From an uncultured Thermococci archaeon (lineage in GTDB: Archaea > Methanobacteriota_B > Thermococci > Thermococcales > Thermococcaceae): DNA of 14,311 bases. The translations under genes were made by a program, and so were the position numbers. Positions 1 to 5,865 of the stretch are shown here, one piece after another (positions within the stretch are counted from its first letter, which is position 1; each line of letters begins with the position of its first letter). A model generated the notes under the pieces. The model was not told where the DNA came from. It ran no database searches and was given only the letters and a program-made list of their open reading frames with translations. The stretch is taken from the NCBI GenBank assembly GCA_964615185.1, contig CAZTOS010000061.1, positions 1 through 14,311 on the forward strand, read 5' to 3'.

Positions 1-499
1 TTCGCTTTACGTCATCGTAAACAATTTCAAGCCTCCCTTGCTTGCCCTTCAGGTGAATTCTCCCCTTGAACTGAATCCCCAGCCTGCCGAATTTTCCGAG
101 CCTCCTCAGCTCGATGACGTTCCCATCAATCCGGTACTGGTCATTTCTCAAAGGAATTGTGAAGAGTTTCTTTCCTTTGACGAATTTTGGCGGCTTGGGC
201 TTGAACCAATCAGGCAATTCCCCAGCCTTTTTCTTCTTGTTCAGGGTGAAGAAGCTCCGCCAAGCTTCTGCATTCTTTCTGGCTAATTGTTGGACTGTTG
301 AACCGCCAATCCAGTCTTTGAAGCAATAGTAGGCTTCTTTTTCCGTCCCGTTAAAGTCTATTTTGCCGAACTCCTTGAACTGCTTCAGCCTCTCGTAGTT
401 GATTTTGTTCCAGATTATGAGTGTGGCTTGAGCCAACTCGAAGAGAATTTTCTCCTGCTCTTTTGAAGGCTGGAGTTTGACGGTTACGCTTCTTTTCAC
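1..499 (-). CDS. tnpB: RNA-guided endonuclease TnpB (IS200/IS605 OrfB), N-terminal 166 codons; C-terminal RuvC/Zn-ribbon lies outside the window
   Basis: Hand translation from GTG at 499 is open to the edge: MKRSVTVKLQPSKEQEKILFELAQATLIIWNKINYERLKQFKEFGKIDFNGTEKEAYYCFKDWIGGSTVQQLARKNAEAWRSFFTLNKKKKAGELPDWFKPKPPKF...PLRNDQYRI... The 'KLQPSKEQE', 'WNKINYER', 'QQLARKNAEAWRSFF' and 'PKPPKF' segments are typical of archaeal OrfB proteins. SD GGTGA at 510-506. Confidence 0.92.
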   Translation of the reverse strand, partial: MKRSVTVKLQPSKEQEKILFELAQATLIIWNKINYERLKQFKEFGKIDFNGTEKEAYYCFKDWIGGSTVQQLARKNAEAWRSFFTLNKKKKAGELPDWFKPKPPKFVKGKKLFTIPLRNDQYRIDGNVIELRRLGKFGRLGIQFKGRIHLKGKQGRLEIVYDDVKR

Positions 500-657
500 T
501 CTTCTTCACCGGTTTCTTTGACTTTTTTAATCCAGAGTTTCATTGCTTCGCTTACTGCTATCCCAAGTGCACCCTTTCTAGCTCCGTACCTCCTTGCAAC
601 AGCCTTTCGAAATTCTCTCTCGATGTCGTCATCAACGACTATGGTTATCTTCCCCAT
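496..657 (-). CDS. Ribbon-helix-helix (CopG/Arc/MetJ-like) DNA-binding protein, 53 aa
   Basis: MGKITIVVDDDIEREFRKAVARRYGARKGALGIAVSEAMKLWIKKVKETGEEE: alternating N-terminal beta strand (KITIVV), helix, Gly-containing turn, second helix (AVSEAMKLW). SD-like GAGTGGTG just upstream; its TGA overlaps the tnpB GTG (GTGA). Confidence 0.85.
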   Translation of the reverse strand: MGKITIVVDDDIEREFRKAVARRYGARKGALGIAVSEAMKLWIKKVKETGEEE

Positions 658-690
658 ATACACCACTCAACATATGTATGGCATTAGAAG

Positions 691-705
691 TTTATAAGTT
701 TTTGG
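691..705 (-). promoter_or_regulatory. BRE/TATA promoter of the RHH-tnpB unit
   Basis: Minus strand CCAAAAA-CTTATAAA ending 33 nt upstream of the RHH ATG. Confidence 0.7.
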
Positions 706-741
706 CTTTCCTGTTCAAGAGCCAAATTTTTGAACACTGTA

Positions 742-764
742 CCCCGCCTAAAGGGCGAGGCTTG
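742..764 (-). repeat. IS left-end subterminal hairpin with guide tetranucleotide CAAG
   Basis: Minus strand CAAG(764-761)-CCTCGCCCTTTAGGCGGGG(760-742); pairs 745-748 with 754-757 and 742-743 with 759-760, one mismatch. Confidence 0.75.
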
Positions 765-779
765 GAAAAGAAAAAAGTC

Positions 780-793
780 AAAAAACAAAAAAG
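780..793 (-). terminator. Oligo-T terminator of the 40-aa gene
   Basis: Minus strand CTTTTTTGTTTTTT directly after the TAG at 796-794; archaeal oligo-T type. Confidence 0.6.
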
Positions 794-916
794 CTAAACC
801 TTAAGTTTTTTCTTCTTAATTCTTTTCTCTAATCTCTTAATTAACTGAGTAAGCATTATCTCAAAGTTCTCAATGGCACTTACCACCTCATTATCCCTTA
901 TACATTTGTTTTCCAT
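794..916 (-). CDS. Small hypothetical protein, 40 aa, Lys-rich C-terminus
   Basis: MENKCIRDNEVVSAIENFEIMLTQLIKRLEKRIKKKKLKV; strong SD GGAGGTGG at 929-922, promoter at 966-953, terminator immediately downstream. Confidence 0.65.
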   Translation of the reverse strand: MENKCIRDNEVVSAIENFEIMLTQLIKRLEKRIKKKKLKV

Positions 917-952
917 CCTCTCCACCTCCAATAATAATATCCATCAATGTGC

Positions 953-966
953 ATTTAAATTTTGTC
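953..966 (-). promoter_or_regulatory. BRE/TATA promoter of the 40-aa gene
   Basis: Minus strand GACAAAA-TTTAAAT, placing the start site near the SD at about 929. Confidence 0.6.
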
Positions 967-1095
967 TCAGTTTTGTTGTCAATGTTTCGAAAAATTTAAG
1001 ACATATTTGGCTAAATTTGGATATTTTTCCTTTACATTTATAAAGATTTACATAACGAAAGACACCAATGTTTGGACAAAAACTTGAAGGTTTAT

Positions 1096-1117
1096 TCATG
1101 TACATTAATGTACGTGA
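1096..1117. repeat. 22-bp near-perfect palindrome, candidate operator
   Basis: TCATGTACATTAATGTACGTGA; perfect 14-bp core GTACATTAATGTAC (1100-1113), one mismatched pair overall. Confidence 0.6.
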
Positions 1118-1153
1118 TTTTCAAATCTAAAAACAAAATGAAAGTTTTATTTC

Positions 1154-1169
1154 CAAAAGGCTTTTATAA
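1154..1169 (+). promoter_or_regulatory. BRE/TATA promoter of truA
   Basis: CAAAAGGC-TTTTATAA ending 33 nt before the ATG at 1203. Confidence 0.6.
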
Positions 1170-1202
1170 CTGGAGCTTATTATCCAATTGTAGGCGGAAA
1201 AG

Positions 1203-2003
1203 ATGAGAATTGCATTGAAGATAGCATATGATGGAAGTAAATTTTATGGATTTCAGCGACAGCCGGGGTTAAAAACTGTAGAAGGAGAGATAATTAGGGT
1301 TCTCCAGAAGCTTAATCTGATTGAATCTCCAGAGAAAGCCAATTTTAAAGGAGCCTCAAGGACAGATAAAGGGGTTAGTGCATTCGGAAATGTGGTTGCA
1401 TTCAACACTGAAAATTTAAAACTGGCCCAGCCAAGAATTTTAAATCACCATTTAAGAGATGTTTGGGTTTTAGGAATTGCTCAAGTTCCAGATGATTTCC
1501 ATCCAAGGTTTTGGGCAAAGAGCAAAATTTATCGGTATTACTTAGTTAACGAAGGGTTTGATGTAGAGGCAATGAGAGAATGTGCTAAGCTTTTCGTTGG
1601 CATCCAGGATTTTTCCGCCTTTGCTAAGCTTGAAAAGTTTAAAGATCCCATAAGAGAAGTTAGTAGACTTGAAATAATCCCAAGAGGAGAGGTTATTGTA
1701 ATCGAAATTGAAGGAAAGAGCTTTCTCTGGGAGATGGTCAGGAGGATTGTGAGTGCATTGAAGCTGTGTGGTCTTGGTGTTATTGGAGTTGAGGATATAA
1801 GGAGAATGCTGGAGGGAAAAATGGATAAGAAACTTCCCCCAGCGCCACCGGAGAATCTCTTTCTGTGGGAAATAAAATATGATAAAGTGAGTTTTCAAGT
1901 TGATGAGTACTCTATCAAAAAGATTAGGGAAGAGTTTTTTGAGAGGTTTAGTCATGCTTTGGTTAGAGCCAGCATATTTAGGGAGTGGCTTTCTTCTCTA
2001 TGA
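1203..2003 (+). CDS. truA: tRNA pseudouridine(38-40) synthase TruA
   Basis: N-terminal 'IAYDGSKFYGFQRQP', catalytic 'ASRTDKGVSA', 'SFLWEMVRRIV' and 'PAPPENLFL' motifs. Confidence 0.96.
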   Translation: MRIALKIAYDGSKFYGFQRQPGLKTVEGEIIRVLQKLNLIESPEKANFKGASRTDKGVSAFGNVVAFNTENLKLAQPRILNHHLRDVWVLGIAQVPDDFHPRFWAKSKIYRYYLVNEGFDVEAMRECAKLFVGIQDFSAFAKLEKFKDPIREVSRLEIIPRGEVIVIEIEGKSFLWEMVRRIVSALKLCGLGVIGVEDIRRMLEGKMDKKLPPAPPENLFLWEIKYDKVSFQVDEYSIKKIREEFFERFSHALVRASIFREWLSSL

Positions 2004-3365
2004 CTGCTTAACCTTGTTAGAGATGTTATTGTCATAAAACTTACCATAATAGTGCTTCAGGGCTTTTTCTCTTTCGATAAAGTGTGTAAACAGCAGAGGG
2101 TCATCATCCTGTACATCGACTATTATAGCCTCTCTTCCATCTTTTGGCCTTAAGGCTCTTCCAATGGTCTGGATTGTCATTATGTCACTCTTTCCTCCGC
2201 CAGCTAAAATTATAGCGGAAATCTCTGGTATGTCAACCCCCTCTTTAAGCAGGGTTGAAACTAAGACTTGAATTTCCCCGTTCTTGAACTTTTCAAAGAT
2301 TTCCCATCTGTTGGGGCTTTGAGAGCTTAGAAACTCAGCATTAACTCCTTTTTCTTTGAGCATTTTCACTAAAATTTCTCCATGATCAATTCTTCTGACA
2401 TCAATTAGGACTCTGTGTCCTTCTTTCGCAAGCTCAATGGCTTTTTCAACAATGGCTTTGTTCCTCTCCTCATTTTCCATAACCATCTCTTCGTAAAGCT
2501 CCTTATACCTCTCAGCTAAAGCTGGCATTTTTGATTCATATTTAATGATTTCAAATTTTGGCTTTGCCAAGAACCCTTCCTTAATTAACTCATCTGCCTT
2601 AACTTCGTAAATTATTGGTCCAACTGCTCCCTCAATCTTTATCTCTTCCCCTCTAATTCTTCTCCAAGGTGTTGCTGAGAGTCCAAAGCGGTAGACCTGG
2701 GGTAGGGACATACCAAGCTGGTAGAATTTTTCAGCAGCTGAAGTTCTATGACACTCATCAAAAATCACAGTAGCATAGGGAAGCTCAAGTTTATCAGCGC
2801 CTCTTGAAAGAAGTGTCTGAATCATGGCAACAGTTACGGGTTTTTCATTCCACTTGTTGTCCCCAACGATACCAGCTTCTACCCCAAGAACTTCTTCAAC
2901 TTTTTCCTTCCACTGATAGAGAAGTTCTTTAGTGTGAACAACTATAAGAGCAGAGAGATCGAGTTCATGAATTATTCTCAAGCCAACAACTGTTTTTCCA
3001 CTACCAACAGGTAACGCAAGAACACCCATCTTTGCTTTTATTGCTTTTTTTACAGCCTTTTGCTGGTATCTCCTTAGCTTGTATTTCTCATTCCATTCTG
3101 AATTCAGCTTAATACCCTCAACTTTACGTTCATCTATGATCCTCACACGATAACCCTTAGAATTCAAAAGCTTCTTAACTTTTGGAATTAACCCTACAGG
3201 GAATGATTTCTCATATGGATTATACAAACTCTCGGGTTTTTCCCATTTACCAAAATCTCTCTTGTAACTTAAAGCTTCATAAATCATGAAGTAGACCTTA
3301 GGCTCTGCCTTCTCGATAATAACCTTTGCACTTTTGTTTGGGATTCGTAACGTTACCATTGCCAT
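1998..3365 (-). CDS. xpb: SF2 DExH-box DNA helicase, XPB/Rad25-like
   Basis: Q-motif 'LRRYQQKAV', Walker A 'LPVGSGKT', 'DECH', 'GLSATP', 'EGVDIP', motif VI 'QTIGRALR'. Start is probably ATG 3365 or 3359 rather than the track's TTG 3371. The XPB subfamily call is less certain than the helicase call. Confidence 0.85.
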   Translation of the reverse strand: MAMVTLRIPNKSAKVIIEKAEPKVYFMIYEALSYKRDFGKWEKPESLYNPYEKSFPVGLIPKVKKLLNSKGYRVRIIDERKVEGIKLNSEWNEKYKLRRYQQKAVKKAIKAKMGVLALPVGSGKTVVGLRIIHELDLSALIVVHTKELLYQWKEKVEEVLGVEAGIVGDNKWNEKPVTVAMIQTLLSRGADKLELPYATVIFDECHRTSAAEKFYQLGMSLPQVYRFGLSATPWRRIRGEEIKIEGAVGPIIYEVKADELIKEGFLAKPKFEIIKYESKMPALAERYKELYEEMVMENEERNKAIVEKAIELAKEGHRVLIDVRRIDHGEILVKMLKEKGVNAEFLSSQSPNRWEIFEKFKNGEIQVLVSTLLKEGVDIPEISAIILAGGGKSDIMTIQTIGRALRPKDGREAIIVDVQDDDPLLFTHFIEREKALKHYYGKFYDNNISNKVKQS

Positions 3366-3397
3366 CGTCAATCAAAAGAAGATTTTGGAAAAAACTC

Positions 3398-3413
3398 TTT
3401 ATAGGCTTTTTGG
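3398..3413 (-). promoter_or_regulatory. BRE/TATA promoter of the helicase gene
   Basis: Minus strand CCAAAAAG-CCTATAAA about 33 nt upstream of ATG 3365. Confidence 0.55.
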
Positions 3414-3470
3414 CTCAAATTTGTGCAGAAAGGATAAAAGTAAGTTAACATAATCTGGAATGGTGATATT

Positions 3471-4739
3471 ATGCTGAGGGAAATCATCAAAAAATTTGGG
3501 GATGAGGTTGTCACTATTGAAAAACCTATTAGCAAAAACCTTGAGCTAACAAGCTATCTGCTTAAATATAAAACAAAGCCTGTTCTTTTCAAAAATATCA
3601 ATGGATGGGAAGTTGCTGGCAACATCTGGAGCACAAGGGAGAGAATAGCAAAATACTTGGGCATTAAAAAGGAGAAAATTCTGCACATTATAGAGTACGC
3701 AATGGATAATCTTCACGATTACAAGTTAATTGAGAAAGCGGAGTTCATGAATAACAAAACTGATGATTTCTCCCTTAAAGAACTCCCGATTCCAAAGTAC
3801 TACCCAAAGGATGGAGGGCAATACTTCACTTCTGCTATTGTGGTTGCAAAAGATGAAAATGGCTTCGTGAACATGTCTTTCCATAGAATGATGGTAATTG
3901 ATGATAATAGAGCGGCAATAAGAATTGTTCCTCGTCACTTGTATGCGATGTGGAAAGATAAAGCAGATAGGGGAGAAGAGCTTGATGTCAGAATAATTGT
4001 TGGTAATCCAATCTACGTTTTGCTTGCCGCTGCTACAAGCGTGGAATACGGCGAGAGTGAGCTTAACATAGCATCTGCAATAAAGGAGAAAACCTTGGGG
4101 TCACCCCTGGAGGTTGTCAACGTCAACGGTATTGAAGTTCCAGCGGAGAGTGAGTTCGTTTTTGAGGCGAAAATTCTGCCGGAGCTGACTGATGAGGGTC
4201 CTTTTGTTGACATAACCGGTACCTATGACCACGTTAGAAAGCAACCTGTCGTGGTATTTGAAAAGATGTACCACGTTGACAATCCAATTTTCCATGCCCT
4301 TTTGCCGGGAGGTTATGAGCACTACATGCTCATGGGTCTTCCAAAAGAACCTCAAATTTACAAGAGCGTGAGAAGGGTTGTTCCCAAAGTGCATGGGGTA
4401 AGGCTGACAGAAGGGGGCTGCATGTGGCTTCATGCCGTTGTTTCAATTACAAAGCAGCACGATGGGGATGGAAAGAACGCTATATTGGCAGCATTTGCAG
4501 GACATCCATCCTTAAAGCATGTTGTAGTTGTTGATGAGGATGTGAACATCTACGATGACAGGGAAGTTGAATGGGCAATAGCGACGAGGTTTCAAGCTGA
4601 TAGGGATTTGGTGATAGTCCCTAATGCAAGAGGAAGCTCTCTCGATCCTTCAGCCAAGAAAAGCCTGACAGCAAAGTGGGGAATTGATGCAACGAAGCCT
4701 TTGGATAGAAAGAAGGAGTTTGAGAGGGCGAAGCTTTGA
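3471..4739 (+). CDS. UbiD-family prFMN-dependent decarboxylase, probably anhydromevalonate phosphate decarboxylase of the archaeal mevalonate pathway
   Basis: 'DGGQYFTS', 'NMSFHRM', 'EGPFVDITG', '[25 protein letters not shown]', 'SSLDPS', 'KWGIDAT'; SD GGTGAT three bases before the ATG. The family call is secure; the substrate is inferred. Confidence 0.9.
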   Translation: MLREIIKKFGDEVVTIEKPISKNLELTSYLLKYKTKPVLFKNINGWEVAGNIWSTRERIAKYLGIKKEKILHIIEYAMDNLHDYKLIEKAEFMNNKTDDFSLKELPIPKYYPKDGGQYFTSAIVVAKDENGFVNMSFHRMMVIDDNRAAIRIVPRHLYAMWKDKADRGEELDVRIIVGNPIYVLLAAATSVEYGESELNIASAIKEKTLGSPLEVVNVNGIEVPAESEFVFEAKILPELTDEGPFVDITGTYDHVRKQPVVVFEKMYHVDNPIFHALLPGGYEHYMLMGLPKEPQIYKSVRRVVPKVHGVRLTEGGCMWLHAVVSITKQHDGDGKNAILAAFAGHPSLKHVVVVDEDVNIYDDREVEWAIATRFQADRDLVIVPNARGSSLDPSAKKSLTAKWGIDATKPLDRKKEFERAKL

Positions 4740-4785
4740 GGTGCAAGATAAATGATTTATACTTTCCAGACGATTTATAGTTGTG

Positions 4786-5064
4786 ATGAAAATGGATGAG
4801 GTGGTTATTTCGCGCAGGGAAATTTTAATGTATGAGAGGCTGAAGGTGATATCCGAAATCGCCCCGATACGTGAGAGAATTAAAGCATTTGAGAGGAAGT
4901 ACGGCATGACGCTTGAAGAATTTGAGGAGCATCTTAAGAAAGGTGAGGAGTGTTTTGAGGAGTGGGATGATTACATCGAATGGAAGGCTTACGTAGAAAA
5001 GCTGAGAGAGCTTGAAAAGCGCTTAAGGGAGATTGAACATGCTCAGAGAGTTAGAGTTGCTTGA
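4786..5064 (+). CDS. Small acidic helical protein, putative antitoxin partner of the DUF6516 gene
   Basis: 'FERKYGMTLEEFEE...WDDYIEWKAY' pattern that I associate with genes upstream of DUF6516 proteins; overlaps the next gene. Start could be 4783, 4786 or 4792. Confidence 0.7.
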   Translation: MKMDEVVISRREILMYERLKVISEIAPIRERIKAFERKYGMTLEEFEEHLKKGEECFEEWDDYIEWKAYVEKLRELEKRLREIEHAQRVRVA

Positions 5065-5386
5065 AAAGAGTCCCATTGTGAAATCGTTTGAAATCCTTGA
5101 CTACAAGGACGGCTGTGATTTCTACTTCCTGAAGATAAAAGCTCTGCTGGTTGATGGCAGTATTCTGTACGTTAGGGAGTTTGTTTCCAAAGAGGAATAC
5201 GTTTATTCATTCCAGTGGCAGAGAAATGGCGAGCTGATTGTTCGCTGGGATAATGCCCCTCATCACAGGAACATTGAAACGTTTCCCCATCATAAACACG
5301 TGGGTGATGAAATCCTGCCCTCCAATGAGACAGCTCTTGAGGATGTTCTTCTCTTTATAGAGTCTAGGGTAATTAAGAAGGGGTAA
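5039..5386 (+). CDS. DUF6516-family protein (TumE-like putative toxin)
   Basis: 'YSFQWQ...IVRWDNAPHH...TFPHHKH' signature; ATG 5039 follows GGGAGA and overlaps the upstream gene by 26 nt. Confidence 0.8.
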   Translation: MLRELELLEKSPIVKSFEILDYKDGCDFYFLKIKALLVDGSILYVREFVSKEEYVYSFQWQRNGELIVRWDNAPHHRNIETFPHHKHVGDEILPSNETALEDVLLFIESRVIKKG

Positions 5387-5487
5387 GGTGAGGGGATCAT
5401 CTAGAGCCAGAACTCGAAGAATTTAGGCAGTTCCTTGCAGAAATCTCAGGCAAGAAGATAGAGGCAAAGAAACACCTCGAAGTAAAC

Positions 5488-5718
5488 TTGGAAGGCGTTA
5501 AGCTTGAGATTCTCTCAGTTCTTCAGGCTTTGGAGTTTGCGGATTATTCTGAAGAAGCCAAGAGGAAGGTCATTCAAAAGCTGAGCTCAAGGATTGAGGA
5601 GCTTTCAAGGGAAGAACCGTCACGGGAAGTTCTCCTTAAAATAGGGTTCTACGCATATGCTGTTGAGCTCATCAAGAGCGGAAGATACGAGATGGTGGCA
5701 AAGATGAAAAAGCTCTGA
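5488..5718 (+). CDS. Hypothetical helical protein; reading frame is open back to 5392 and the true N-terminus is probably near 5396
   Basis: Protein-like composition and host-like codon usage; in-frame upstream extension HLEPELEEFRQFLAEISGKKIEAKKHLEVN; SD AAGGTGAG at 5385-5392. Confidence 0.65.
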   Translation: MEGVKLEILSVLQALEFADYSEEAKRKVIQKLSSRIEELSREEPSREVLLKIGFYAYAVELIKSGRYEMVAKMKKL

Positions 5719-5729
5719 ATATAAATGAA

Positions 5730-5761
5730 AGGGTACCAAAAACTTAAGAAATTGGTACCCT
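5730..5761. repeat. Perfect 10-bp inverted repeat with 12-nt spacer
   Basis: AGGGTACCAA-aaacttaagaaa-TTGGTACCCT. Confidence 0.85.
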
Positions 5762-5825
5762 AAAGTATACAGAATGCTAAGTTTCGATTCCTCTTGGAGT
5801 TTTAAAAAATATAAAGCTCTACGGC

Positions 5826-5857
5826 ATGAGCGGAAGAATAAAGCTCATTCCGCTCAT
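5826..5857. repeat. Perfect 10-bp inverted repeat with 12-nt spacer, 8 nt beyond the proC stop
   Basis: ATGAGCGGAA-gaataaagctca-TTCCGCTCAT. Confidence 0.85.
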
Positions 5858-5865
5858 AAAGTGGC

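Larger units (their letters stand above)
1..776 (-). mobile_element. IS200/IS605-family element (IS1341-like: no tnpA between left end and tnpB), left part only; continues off the window
   Basis: Contains the tnpB N-terminus (1-499) and an RHH gene (496-657). Minus strand at the end reads TTGAC|TTTTTTCTTTTC-CAAG-CCTCGCCCTTTAGGCGGGG, i.e. target tetranucleotide, 12-nt linker, guide tetranucleotide and imperfect hairpin typical of the family's left end. Confidence 0.85.

Noticed and set aside
38..329. Plus-strand ORFs 38-286 and 114-329
   Set aside because: Antisense shadows of tnpB, which has clear family motifs on the minus strand.
594..797. 67-aa plus-strand ORF
   Set aside because: Antisense to the RHH gene, runs through its promoter and crosses the IS boundary; no SD.
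1073..1092. TGGACA half-site resembling the Tar box
   Set aside because: No matching second half at 8-nt spacing.
4783..4843. GTGATGA...CTGA resembling a C/D box sRNA
   Set aside because: Lies within a coding start region and lacks properly spaced D' and C' boxes.
1542..4907. Minus-strand ORFs 1542-1955, 3726-3938, 4013-4213, 4101-4433 and 4650-4907
   Set aside because: Antisense to truA, ubiD or the antitoxin gene; no recognisable motifs.
5730..5857. Possible CRISPR mini-array or Xer/dif site
   Set aside because: The two repeats differ in sequence, so there is no direct-repeat array; the 12-nt spacer does not fit the 11-6-11 dif geometry; no cas genes nearby.
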